64,000 bases of DNA from Patescibacteria group bacterium (GCA_048538215.1 JBLYPV010000001.1:254196-318195), one strand, 5' to 3'; shown: positions 55,581 through 64,000, counted from the stretch's first letter. The notes: a model not told the origin generated them from the letters alone. Program-made: numbers and translations.

Positions 55581-56315
55581 ATGGCTCGACGCTCACTTGG
55601 TATCCACATACGTTTTGGTGAAGACAAGACATCCATACTAGCTCTTACGATTGTAGTGTTTATTTTTATACTCTTTTGGTATTTCTCTATCTACAACCCT
55701 CCAATTACCAATTATCCGACCCCTACCCCAGAAAAAAATGTGGGAGTAGTGGCTTTTGGCGATTCACTCATTGCTGGAGTGGGTGCGCGACAAAATGGTG
55801 GCTTTGTAGAAATTCTTGCTCAGCGACTTAATATAGAAATTATTAATTTAGGAGAAGCAGGAGCAAGTGCTCATACTGTTTGGGGAAATATTGATGAGGT
55901 GCTTGAAGCATCTCCTCGAGTGGTCATTCTGGCTCTTGGCACAAGCGATGCTGTGGTACCTGTTACTCCTCGATACCAAATTGAGAGTCGACTTGAGCGA
56001 ATTATATCTACCTTACAAGAAGCAGGAAGCGCGGTAATCATTCTCGAAACTGCTTCTTATGCCTACGGCAATATGTATCGTAATGTCGCGAGCGCGCACC
56101 ATACTGCCCTTGTAAGAAATATACTCACCCCCCTACGAGGCAAGGGAGAATATATGTTTGATGAAGTGCACCCTAATGATGCTGGACACCAAATAATCGC
56201 GGATAAAGTGGAGCCAGTATTACGCCGTTTGATTGATCAAGATATTATTCTTAAGAATCAAAGTGATGGAAACAATTTGAAAAATTGGCTACGCATCCGT
56301 TCTGGTCTATACTAA
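55581..56315 (+). CDS. SGNH/GDSL-family hydrolase with N-terminal TM anchor
   Basis: VVAFGDSLIAGVGA catalytic Ser block. Confidence 0.7.
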   Translation: MARRSLGIHIRFGEDKTSILALTIVVFIFILFWYFSIYNPPITNYPTPTPEKNVGVVAFGDSLIAGVGARQNGGFVEILAQRLNIEIINLGEAGASAHTVWGNIDEVLEASPRVVILALGTSDAVVPVTPRYQIESRLERIISTLQEAGSAVIILETASYAYGNMYRNVASAHHTALVRNILTPLRGKGEYMFDEVHPNDAGHQIIADKVEPVLRRLIDQDIILKNQSDGNNLKNWLRIRSGLY

Positions 56316-56565
56316 TTCCCTCTTTTTCTAAAAGGGCTATTTTTGTTTTATACCCTCCTCTATACGAGCCTACTTTTCCATCACTACGGACTACTCGGTG
56401 GCATGGCACTTCGATCAAATTTGGATTAGATGCACAAGCGCTTCCGACTGCTCGAACTGCTCGAGATTTTCCTACTGCTCGTGCCAATTCTTTATAGCTT
56501 GTAATGCGACCCTGTGGGATCTCCTCGAGCTTCGCCCATACTAATTTTTGAAAATCCGTAACCAT
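56251..56565 (-). CDS. ogt: methylated-DNA--protein-cysteine methyltransferase (Ogt-type DNA-binding/active-site domain only)
   Basis: PCHRVV active-site motif with Cys. Confidence 0.8.
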   Translation of the reverse strand: MVTDFQKLVWAKLEEIPQGRITSYKELARAVGKSRAVRAVGSACASNPNLIEVPCHRVVRSDGKVGSYRGGYKTKIALLEKEGISIDQNGCVANFSNCFHHFDS

Positions 56566-56566
56566 T

Positions 56567-56911
56567 CTATTTATTGCTAAAAAAATTTCGTATAGACTGA
56601 TACCCAGCTATCACAAGCGCAATAAGTGCTGTTAAAATCAATGCAGCTATTGCAAATGGTAAAAGCCAGAAAAGCACCGTAAGCACCAGTGCTACTCCTA
56701 CGAAGAGTGCGAATAGAAAGATAAAGATGGTACCCAAACTAGAGTAGAGTATTTGTCGATGAAACTTATCGGCTGTATTGCGCGCGTATGCTTGTGCGCG
56801 TGATTGACCAAACCGAGCCCCCTTACTTTGCCCGCCCTCTTGAACAATCTCTGCATCTTCATATATTTCCTCTCCTTTGGTATTTTTATTAGTCATAGTC
56901 CTATTGTACAA
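56567..56911 (-). CDS. small membrane protein (114 aa)
   Basis: Two long hydrophobic helices. Confidence 0.45.
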   Translation of the reverse strand: MYNRTMTNKNTKGEEIYEDAEIVQEGGQSKGARFGQSRAQAYARNTADKFHRQILYSSLGTIFIFLFALFVGVALVLTVLFWLLPFAIAALILTALIALVIAGYQSIRNFFSNK

Positions 56912-56919
56912 TACACTCT

Positions 56920-58269
56920 ATGGCAAATACAATAAATACTTCCCCTCTTTCGGGCTATATGGAGCTCCTTCCGAGCCAACAACGACTATTTAATCAAATG
57001 CTCGATACTATTCGTAGTGTTTATGAAGAAAATGGCTTTATCCCTATGGATCAGCCCGTCATTGATCGCAGTGAATCTCTTTTGGCGAATGTGGGAGGTG
57101 ACACCACAAAAGAGCTTATTCGCATTGCCCGTGATGACGATAAAGAATTAGCGCTTCGTTTTGATCTCACGGTGCCCTTGGCACGCTTTGTAGCAAATAA
57201 TTATAACTCACTCTCTTTTCCTTTTCGTCGCTATGCAATTGGCAAGGTTTATCGTGGAGAGCGTGCTCAAGCTGGTCGCTTTCGTGAATTCTATCAGTGT
57301 GATGTGGACATCGTTGGCAATGAAACGCTCTCGCTGGGCTATGACGCTGATATTATCTTGCTGATGGCTAGAGTATTTCAAAAATTAAATATTGGAGATT
57401 TTGAAATTCGAATCAATAATCGAAAAATCCTCAATGGCTTGTTTGCTTGTTTAAATATCGCCACAGGACAGAGAATGGAAGTTTTGAGAGTTTTAGATAA
57501 AAAAGAAAAGCTTTCAGAAATTAATTTTAAAGAAGAATTATCTAAACTTAAGATAACAGACAGTCAAATTGAGGTTTTATTGCAGTTTGGTAAATGTAAA
57601 TCTCTCGAATCTTGGCAAGACTACGTAGATAGTAGCGACCTACTATTTGATGATGGGAGCTACTTAGCTGGAGTTGAAGAAATTAAACAAATATTCAATA
57701 TATTAAAACAATCAGCCCTAGGCTCTAATACTTTTATTTGGGACCCCTCAATTGCTCGTGGTTTGGATTACTACACGGGCACAGTCTTTGAAACACGCCT
57801 ACTTAAAGCACCCGAGATCGGCTCTATTTGTTCTGGTGGTCGCTATGATGATTTAGCCCAAGCTTATACTAGTCGCTCGCTCCCTGGCGTGGGGACCTCG
57901 ATTGGCCTGACCCGACTATTTGATCAATTACTCAAAAAAGAAATCATCGTTCCTAGTGCACAACAGAGTAAATCACAGGTGCTCATTATTCCACTCACCA
58001 AGGAGTATGCCCCTGCCCTTATGCTACAAGATGCTCTATTGGCACAATCTATCGCCTGTGAGATATCTTTCGCTGAATCAAAATTAGATAAGCGGATGAA
58101 TTATGCCGACAAGCTTGGTATTCCCTTTGTGGTGATTATCGGTGAAGATGAAATTGCTAATCAAAAATATACCTTGCGCAATATGGCAGATGGCAGTGAG
58201 CAAAAGCTCTCAACAGAAGCTATCATCAAAACCTTGCTCCGTGAGATCTCAGGCTCTCACGGAGCATAG
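56920..58269 (+). CDS. hisS: histidine--tRNA ligase
   Basis: Class II aaRS motifs (RYAIGKVYRGERAQAGRFREFYQCDVDIVG) plus anticodon-binding domain. Confidence 0.85.
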   Translation: MANTINTSPLSGYMELLPSQQRLFNQMLDTIRSVYEENGFIPMDQPVIDRSESLLANVGGDTTKELIRIARDDDKELALRFDLTVPLARFVANNYNSLSFPFRRYAIGKVYRGERAQAGRFREFYQCDVDIVGNETLSLGYDADIILLMARVFQKLNIGDFEIRINNRKILNGLFACLNIATGQRMEVLRVLDKKEKLSEINFKEELSKLKITDSQIEVLLQFGKCKSLESWQDYVDSSDLLFDDGSYLAGVEEIKQIFNILKQSALGSNTFIWDPSIARGLDYYTGTVFETRLLKAPEIGSICSGGRYDDLAQAYTSRSLPGVGTSIGLTRLFDQLLKKEIIVPSAQQSKSQVLIIPLTKEYAPALMLQDALLAQSIACEISFAESKLDKRMNYADKLGIPFVVIIGEDEIANQKYTLRNMADGSEQKLSTEAIIKTLLREISGSHGA

Positions 58270-58310
58270 CGATTGGCAATATTTCTAATTACTGCTACCA
58301 TTCTCGCTAT

Positions 58311-58889
58311 ATGAATCGTATTATTTTCGACATCGAAACCAAAAATTTCTTTGACACCGTGCACTCTACTAATCCTGCTGATTTAGATATTTCAGTAGTG
58401 TGCCTATACGAAAGTACTACCGATACCTACCACTCTTTTACTGAAGATCAATTTGATGAGATGTGGGATTTCTTTCGTCGAGCCGATACAATTGTGACCT
58501 ACAATGGCAACCATTTTGATATTCCCTGTCTTCAAGCAATCGCTCCAATCGATTTATCACATATCCACCATATTGATATCTTTGAAGATGTATATAAAGC
58601 AAGTGGTAAAAAGCTAGGGCTTGATGCCATAGCGCAAGCCACCCTTGGTATTGCTAAAAGTGGCCATGGTAGCGATGCTATTGCTTGGTGGAATGCTGGT
58701 GAGGTGCAAAAGATTATTGATTACTGTTTGCAAGATGTGCGTGTAACTAAAGAAGTATTTGATTATGCTGAAGCACACAAGAAGCTCTATTTTGAAGATA
58801 AGATTAGTCGTAAAAAAATTGAAATAGCTATTGATACTACCCATTGGATTCCTCAAGAAGATAATCCAGCACAAGGAGGCCTATTTTAA
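58311..58889 (+). CDS. RNase H-like 3'-5' exonuclease (PolB-exonuclease-like / YprB-type)
   Basis: FDIET Exo I, YNGNHFDIPCL Exo II, YCLQDV Exo III motifs. Confidence 0.65.
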   Translation: MNRIIFDIETKNFFDTVHSTNPADLDISVVCLYESTTDTYHSFTEDQFDEMWDFFRRADTIVTYNGNHFDIPCLQAIAPIDLSHIHHIDIFEDVYKASGKKLGLDAIAQATLGIAKSGHGSDAIAWWNAGEVQKIIDYCLQDVRVTKEVFDYAEAHKKLYFEDKISRKKIEIAIDTTHWIPQEDNPAQGGLF

Positions 58890-58928
58890 ATAAAAATCTC
58901 AAGAGCAATATCCCTCTTGAGGTTTCTA

Positions 58929-59163
58929 GTGTGTTTATTGTACCAAGCTCGAACCTATTTCCAATCCAAACACTAGCAACGCGCGGAGCACACAGTGGCT
59001 TTGTATTTCACCGTACGCGTTGGAGTTTATCTCAATGCTACTCAGCGCCTCGGGGCGCTCGGTTCCTCGCGCAGCAATTCCCAAAATTTTCTTGCCTTAA
59101 AGAAAAAGCGAAAGGGGGTGTGGGGGAAGTCGCCAAAAAGTTGAAAGAAAATTTTGGGGTTGC
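58929..59163. repeat. IR-A: left arm of about 235-bp perfect inverted repeat (partner 61153..61389)
   Basis: Reverse complement of 61153..61389 is identical over about 235 bp; GC-rich relative to surroundings. Confidence 0.9.
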
Positions 59164-59431
59164 TTTTGCCTTCCAGTCTTCCAAAAATTCTTCACAAAGC
59201 CCTTTTAAGAAGTAGGGGCTTTGTTCATCACTTTCTCCAGACTGGTGGCACCCGAGGCGCTCTCGTATACAAAGCTCGTGGTAGTTTTATACACGCTCAC
59301 ACCCCACCACCTCGCATTGGCCGCTCACTTCGTTCGCGTGGCCTGCTCTGTGGTGGGGTGCTCGCGCAGGGGGCTTCGTTTGAGTTTGTGGTATTTAAAG
59401 GTTCACGCTTCGCGCAAACCATTGAAAAATA

Positions 59432-60739
59432 TTATTTCTCCAAATCCTCTAAGTCTTGATCTAAGATTCCAAGCTGGGTCAGTAGAGCAATATGTTCGCT
59501 ATTGTTAGGGTCGTATTTCCCAATCGTAAAGGTTTCGACAACCTCACTGTTTTCTGATGCTAAAGTCCAGATTGCTCGATTACCAAAATATGACATATCT
59601 TTGGGATAAACAGCGCCCGGAGTTTTGCATGTTGTGCCTCTGAAAATACGCACACAATCATTGTAGGCAGTTGTAGCAGCTGCTTCTGGCGTGACGTCTT
59701 TTTTGGGTGATGCAAGTAGCCGATAGTCAGACATAATTTCATGAGTACGTCTGAAATCTAGTTTTTCACCAGTTATACCTTTTGCCAATGCTATGGAAAA
59801 AAATCTTGGGACTCCAGCAAATTCTTTCGCCCCAGTGACCTGTTGCTCATTGTATGTGGCTATTCCTTCTTCGGCTTTTAGATATCTATCTAAACCGAGT
59901 CCAAGCAACTGCAAACGAGAACGCTCACCATTACTTCGTCTTGCAACATGAGTTTTAATCTCGTGTTCAATCAATCCTTTCAACTTCTTTTTACTAATAT
60001 TTCTAGCAAGCAGTTTGTCTTCAGCTGGAACACGAACGACTTTATGTTCTTGACTGACGCTAAAATTCGAGATGCCTGATTCAGTATCGACAACAACTTT
60101 CCAGTCGGTTGCGTCAATTTCCTGTAACGCTTCTTCAAACGCAGCCACTGCTTCATCTACTGATTCTAGCTTTCCTGAAATATCCTCGCCCTCGGGCAAA
60201 ATTGATTTGTCAGCACCTTGACCAGCTGGTAGTGATACTTCGCTGAAAACTGCATGCAACTTTTGAGCCGCAGCTGCTTTATTAGCGTCTTCAGACGCTA
60301 AGTTAGCTTGAACCAATTCTTTTACATGTTCAAGTACATACCCAATGTCAGCAATTTCTGGCGTGCCATAGATAAAATCTGCATAGCGAGAAAACATTTT
60401 ATCGTTGCCCTCTCGTGCCGCTTTTAGCATCCGTAATGTAGCAAGAGATTCATTGATTTTTGTGCGGTATATTTTTTTTACGGCATCGTTTTTCTCTAGC
60501 TCTAAAACATCTTCTTTCAGAGCGAGTAAGGCGTGTTCTCTCTCTTCAAGATTGAAAGATTCTAATTCGGGGTAATCAAGAGTTGGGTTGTCAACTTCAC
60601 CATTCAAAAATTTCCCTTTTTCCGCTTCGCGCACCTCTTTTTTACCTGTAAGTTTTTCGTAATCTTCAAAAGCAACTTCTTCAAAACGCTTATACCAGCG
60701 ACTATCAAGCTTTTCTTCATGTGACTGTATTTTTTCCAC
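59432..60739 (-). CDS. DUF1704-family (QEGLA-motif) HExxH metallopeptidase-like protein
   Basis: HEIKTH zinc motif and EEGIATYNEQ (QEGLA-like) region. Confidence 0.6.
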   Translation of the reverse strand: MEKIQSHEEKLDSRWYKRFEEVAFEDYEKLTGKKEVREAEKGKFLNGEVDNPTLDYPELESFNLEEREHALLALKEDVLELEKNDAVKKIYRTKINESLATLRMLKAAREGNDKMFSRYADFIYGTPEIADIGYVLEHVKELVQANLASEDANKAAAAQKLHAVFSEVSLPAGQGADKSILPEGEDISGKLESVDEAVAAFEEALQEIDATDWKVVVDTESGISNFSVSQEHKVVRVPAEDKLLARNISKKKLKGLIEHEIKTHVARRSNGERSRLQLLGLGLDRYLKAEEGIATYNEQQVTGAKEFAGVPRFFSIALAKGITGEKLDFRRTHEIMSDYRLLASPKKDVTPEAAATTAYNDCVRIFRGTTCKTPGAVYPKDMSYFGNRAIWTLASENSEVVETFTIGKYDPNNSEHIALLTQLGILDQDLEDLEK

Positions 60740-60845
60740 ACATCAATTTTAGCACTATTTTAGTTGATAGAGAACCTTGTACGAATAGACTGACTGTGTA
60801 ATATTAAATTAGAAATAAATATACAAAATTAATCAAAAGTCCATT

Positions 60846-61139
60846 ATGTCATTTGAAAATATCCCGTCTCAAGAAAAACCAGTTAAATTGTCGCTGTGTG
60901 CAAAAAATATCACTACTGGTGAAGTAACGAAAGAGCCCTTAAAAGAATATAAAAATTTAGATGTTGCAAGGCAAGATTTAAAATTTGAAAGACTTAGAGG
61001 CCTAGAGGAAGGATCAGAAGAGTATGATTTAGAATCTGATGACCCAACAGAGCAAGCTTTTGCAGAACGAGAACAGGAACAATACAGACTTAATCATGAA
61101 TTTTATTTTGAAGATGAAAACGGAAATCGTGTCGAATAA
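60846..61139 (+). CDS. hypothetical acidic protein (97 aa), divergent from the DUF1704 gene
   Basis: Intact ORF. Confidence 0.45.
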   Translation: MSFENIPSQEKPVKLSLCAKNITTGEVTKEPLKEYKNLDVARQDLKFERLRGLEEGSEEYDLESDDPTEQAFAEREQEQYRLNHEFYFEDENGNRVE

Positions 61140-61152
61140 CTGATTGAATTAG

Positions 61153-61389
61153 CAACCCCAAAATTTTCTTTCAACTTTTTGGCGACTTCCCCCACACCCC
61201 CTTTCGCTTTTTCTTTAAGGCAAGAAAATTTTGGGAATTGCTGCGCGAGGAACCGAGCGCCCCGAGGCGCTGAGTAGCATTGAGATAAACTCCAACGCGT
61301 ACGGTGAAATACAAAGCCACTGTGTGCTCCGCGCGTTGCTAGTGTTTGGATTGGAAATAGGTTCGAGCTTGGTACAATAAACACACCAG
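61153..61389. repeat. IR-A': right arm of the 235-bp inverted repeat
   Basis: See IR-A. Confidence 0.9.
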
Positions 61390-61521
61390 AATAGAACTTT
61401 CGGGTTCTAAACCAACTTTGGCATGGGCGGCGCGTAGCGCCGCCCATGCCGTTGGCGGCTCTGTGGAGCCACCAACCGAGGACGAGACAACCACGCGACG
61501 GCCGCTGAGGCGGAGGTGCGA
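61384..61521. repeat. IR-B: left arm of 138-bp perfect inverted repeat (partner 63087..63224); contains a 14-bp perfect GC hairpin
   Basis: Reverse complement identical to 63087..63224; directly abuts IR-A'. Confidence 0.9.
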
Positions 61522-61614
61522 CATCAGAAGCGATTAAACATAGTATTTGCTTTGATACAAAAGGAATTTTTCTTGCTAGAATAACAAAGTTGAATCCATT
61601 ATTAGAAAAGTTGG

Positions 61615-61681
61615 CAGAAATGGCTATTTTGGCTTTCTAGCTTTTCGTTAGGATTCAACACCAAAATAGCCATTTCTGCTT
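61615..61681 (+). promoter_or_regulatory. 19-bp perfect inverted repeat (GCAGAAATGGCTATTTTGG...CCAAAATAGCCATTTCTGC) with 29-nt spacer plus T5, 17 nt upstream of the recombinase start
   Basis: Perfect dyad; could be terminator, operator or recombination site. Confidence 0.5.
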
Positions 61682-61697
61682 TTTAAGTTCTTTAGTT

Positions 61698-63272
61698 ATG
61701 AAAGAAAAATTCTTTTTGTACGCTCGCAAGTCCACTGATGTCGAGGATAAGCAGGTGATGTCAATTGATGCTCAGTTGGTGGAATTGCGTACATTTGCCC
61801 GTGAGCAAGGGCTAGAGATTGTTGAAGAGTTTGTCGAAAAACAGTCAGCCAAAAAGCTAGGCCGTCCTATCTTTGGGCAAATGCTCTCGCGCATCGAGCA
61901 AGGTGAAGCGTCCGGTATAGTCTCCTGGGCGCCAGACCGTTTAGCTCGTAACTCCGTTGACGGTGGGCAGATTATCCACCTCCTCGACACGTGTGTTCTT
62001 GCGAGTCTCAAGTTCCCGACCTTTTGGTGTGACAACACTTCACAAGGAAAGTTTATGTTGAGCATGGCGTTCGGGCAAAGCAAATACTATGTTGATTCTC
62101 TTTCCGAGAATACGAAACGTGGGCTCAGGCAAAAAGTCCGCTTGGGGCATTGTCCAAGCAAAGCTCCAATCGGATATATCAATGACGTTCGGACTAAAAC
62201 CATCGTTCCAGACAAGAAGCGTGCTCCGATTATTAAAAGAGTGTTTGAGTTATACGCAGTTGGAGACATGCGGCTAGAAGATGTGGCGGACTTTTTCGCC
62301 CAGCACCACGTTACCACCCGTACCGGCAAGAGAATCTCCAAGACTAGAGCGTCTTTTATCCTCTCCAATCCTTTTTATGTTGGATTGTTTAAGTACGGCG
62401 GCGAAGTATATGAAGGCAAGCATGAGCCAATCATCGCAAAGCCACTGTTTGATGAAGCGCAGGCGGTACTCAAAAAGAGAGGTCAGCCAGACCGCAAACC
62501 CAAGAATGAACCGCAACCATACTGCGGACTAATAACCTGCGCTTCCTGCGGGATGATGATAACGGCCGAGAACAAAACGAAGCGACAGAAGAATGGAAAT
62601 ACACACCACTACGTGTATTATCGCTGTACCAAGAAACACAAGAATATTCATTGCCAAGAGAAGTCGCTTCGTTCTGAAGTTCTCGACTCCCAGTTATCAT
62701 CCCTTATCAAAGCAGTGGCTTTGCCCACCGACTGGGCAACCAAACTCAATCAAATGGCTAAAGATGAACACGCACAGTCTAGCCAGTCGGTGTCACAGCT
62801 CGTGAAAGAGAGGCGGCAAGAAATACAAAACAATACTATTAAACTAGACCGCCTTTTAACTGGATATCTAGAGCAAGTTATAGACGAGTTAGATTATCGA
62901 AAAGAAAAAGCCAAGTTACTATCCGAAAAGAAGAGTCTGGAGTCTGAAATAGCTTCTCTTTCACACGCTGTGAATGATTGGCTCGCACCTTTCCAAGACT
63001 GGCTAAAAGACGCTCAGAACTTGGACGAAATCGCTTCTGATTGCAACCTTTTTACGAGAAAGGTTGCCGCCAAAGAAATCTTTGGCTCGCACCTCCGCCT
63101 CAGCGGCCGTCGCGTGGTTGTCTCGTCCTCGGTTGGTGGCTCCACAGAGCCGCCAACGGCATGGGCGGCGCTACGCGCCGCCCATGCCAAAGTTGGTTTA
63201 GAACCCGAAAGTTCTATTCTGGTGCCCAGGGCGGGAATCGAACCCGCACCGCCATTGGCGACAAGATTTTAA
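61698..63272 (+). mobile_element. large serine recombinase (resolvase catalytic domain, recombinase domain, zinc ribbon, coiled-coil); reading frame runs into IR-B' and tRNA-Leu
   Basis: YARKSTD catalytic-Ser region, CGLITCASCG...YYRCTKKHKNIHC zinc ribbon, C-terminal coiled-coil; last about 60 codons lie inside the inverted repeat. Confidence 0.85.
63087..63224. repeat. IR-B': right arm of 138-bp inverted repeat, ending at the 3' CCA end of tRNA-Leu
   Basis: See IR-B. Confidence 0.9.
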
Positions 63273-63305
63273 GTCTTGCGTGTCTACCAATTCCACCACC
63301 TGGGC
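63220..63305 (-). tRNA. tRNA-Leu (anticodon UAA) with genomically encoded CCA
   Basis: GCCCAGGTGGTGGAATTGGTAGACAC..CTTAAAA..long variable arm..GGTTCGATTCC..CCTGGGCACCA. Confidence 0.85.
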
Positions 63306-63329
63306 ATATTATATTGTTGAAAGTATAGA

Positions 63330-63400
63330 AGCGGGAATCGAACTCGCTCGTGGCGGCAATCTGTGGAATCAGACAGACCGCTGTGGTCTGCAAATATCTC
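63330..63400 (-). pseudogene. degenerate tRNA-Cys 3' fragment (pseudo-tRNA)
   Basis: About 30-nt segment CCGCCACGAGCGAGTTCGATTCCCGC nearly identical to the T-arm region of the adjacent tRNA-Cys, but no intact acceptor stem. Confidence 0.6.
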
Positions 63401-63423
63401 CCTCGTCGAAAAATAGTTGCAGG

Positions 63424-63495
63424 AGGCGTAGGCGGGAATCGAACCCGCTCGTGGCGGTTTTGCAGACCGCAGTGTTCCCACTTCACCACTACGCC
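63424..63495 (-). tRNA. tRNA-Cys (anticodon GCA)
   Basis: GGCGTAG acceptor, short D-stem, anticodon loop CTGCAAA, GGTTCGATTCC T-arm, U73 discriminator typical of Cys. Confidence 0.8.
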
Positions 63496-63620
63496 ATAGG
63501 ATGAACACTCTCGTGTTCGTTTCGGGATTATACCAGAAATATCCAGAAATCGTACAGCTTTAATTAATCACATTTTTTGCTATAATCCTGGTGCGTTTGA
63601 TATCGACGCAATCAAACTAT

Positions 63621-63693
63621 CCCCTTGTAGCTCAGTTGGTAGAGCAGCAGCCTCTTAAGCTGACGGTCCTAGGTTCGAATCCTAGCGGGGGGA
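63621..63693 (+). tRNA. tRNA-Lys (anticodon CUU)
   Basis: TAGCTCAGTTGGTAGAGC D-arm, anticodon loop CTCTTAA, GGTTCGAATCC T-arm; acceptor stem has two G-U pairs. Confidence 0.7.
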
Positions 63694-63696
63694 CTC

Positions 63697-63746
63697 AAAA
63701 TAAAACTCAGGAGCTAAGCTCCTGAGTTTTATTTTGAGTCCCCCTT
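63697..63746. terminator. bidirectional terminator (AAAATAAAACTCAGGAGCT-AAGC-TCCTGAGTTTTATTTT)
   Basis: 19-bp perfect stem between tRNA-Lys and a convergent gene. Confidence 0.85.
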
Positions 63747-63752
63747 ATAATA

Positions 63753-64000
63753 TTACAATCCAAGCACCTGACTAATTGCGACTTCGTCAAAGCCCACAAT
63801 GTACTGAGCTTCTCCTCCTTCACTAGATTTGATTTCGGTCACTGGTACTCCCATTTGCCCTGATGCCTCCACGATGTGATCTCGAGCCTGGGCATCCTCT
63901 GATACATCTATTGCCCTATACTCTACTCCTTTCTCGTTTAAGAAATTTTTGAGCATATTACAGTAGGTACAAGTGGGTGTCGTATATACATTTACTTCTG
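63753..64000 (-). CDS. glutaredoxin-like (NrdH/Grx family) protein, 5' end beyond window
   Basis: CTYC redox motif seen upstream of the listed Met (VNVYTTPTCTYCNMLKNFL...), thioredoxin-fold C-terminus. Confidence 0.65.
   Translation of the reverse strand, partial: EVNVYTTPTCTYCNMLKNFLNEKGVEYRAIDVSEDAQARDHIVEASGQMGVPVTEIKSSEGGEAQYIVGFDEVAISQVLGL

Noticed and set aside
58931-59215. 94-aa ORF inside IR-A and its mirror 114-aa ORF (61103-61447) inside IR-A'
   Set aside because: They are mirror-image ORFs generated by the inverted repeat itself. There is no RBS and an odd composition. They are more likely non-coding repeat sequence, although a small protein is not excluded.
59432-61139. Idea that inversion of the IR-A segment switches expression of the enclosed genes
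   Set aside because: The two enclosed genes are divergently transcribed from their own internal 106-bp promoter region, so simple inversion would not uncouple them from a promoter. The inverted repeats may instead be transposon-like termini or act on flanking DNA. Kept only as an open question.
63041-63328. 95-aa plus-strand ORF overlapping IR-B' and tRNA-Leu
   Set aside because: It overlaps the recombinase 3' end in another frame and runs through a tRNA gene.
1-64000. Possibility that the whole genome uses an alternative genetic code (UGA sense), prompted by the TGA-interrupted toxin-antitoxin genes
   Set aside because: Long housekeeping ORFs (secA 830 aa, uvrA 909 aa, recG 753 aa, secY and the aaRS genes) are uninterrupted under the standard code, and several genes terminate with TGA-free standard stops. 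The anomaly is confined to the toxin-antitoxin module.
1-64000. CRISPR arrays, reverse transcriptases/DGRs, rRNA genes
   Set aside because: No spaced short direct-repeat arrays, no RT motifs (YxDD) and no rRNA-like conserved stretches were seen anywhere in the window.

Overview
This is an AT-rich (about 40-45% GC) bacterial chromosome segment with short intergenic regions and many GC-rich hairpin terminators. The gene content fits a small-genome Patescibacteria/CPR-like organism, possibly Saccharibacteria-like, but that is an inference, not a database result. Core genes read from the sequence are murF-ddl, uvrC, obg, secA, recG, scpB, a uS14-uS8-uL6-uL18-uS5-uL15-secY-adk-map ribosomal cluster lacking L30, type IV pilin plus pilM, comFC, gapdh, pheA, uvrA, pepF, sodA, split transketolase, rpe, tyrS, hisS, and six tRNAs. 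Accessory content worth a second look is: (1) at 58.9-63.4 kb, two adjacent pairs of long perfect inverted repeats (about 235 bp and 138 bp) enclosing a DUF1704 peptidase cassette and a large serine recombinase gene, ending exactly at the 3' end of tRNA-Leu with a degenerate tRNA-Cys 3' fragment beside tRNA-Cys; (2) a REP/RAYT module (HuH Y1 transposase flanked by inverted 23-nt palindromes, one embedded in-frame in its own CDS, a fourth near the window start) that interrupts the ribosomal/secY operon after map; (3) a RelE/ParE-Phd/YefM toxin-antitoxin pair in which both genes carry a single in-frame TGA; (4) a tRNA with a UAU anticodon (putative AUA-decoding tRNA-Ile); (5) several GC-rich islands including a DUF397 gene typical of Actinobacteria; (6) a G10 homopolymer in the pilin leader region; (7) a defence-like island at 0.1-3.2 kb (Ltp-like repeat protein, DUF2726 nuclease-like protein) bracketed by a 26-nt direct repeat. 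No CRISPR array, reverse transcriptase or rRNA gene was seen.
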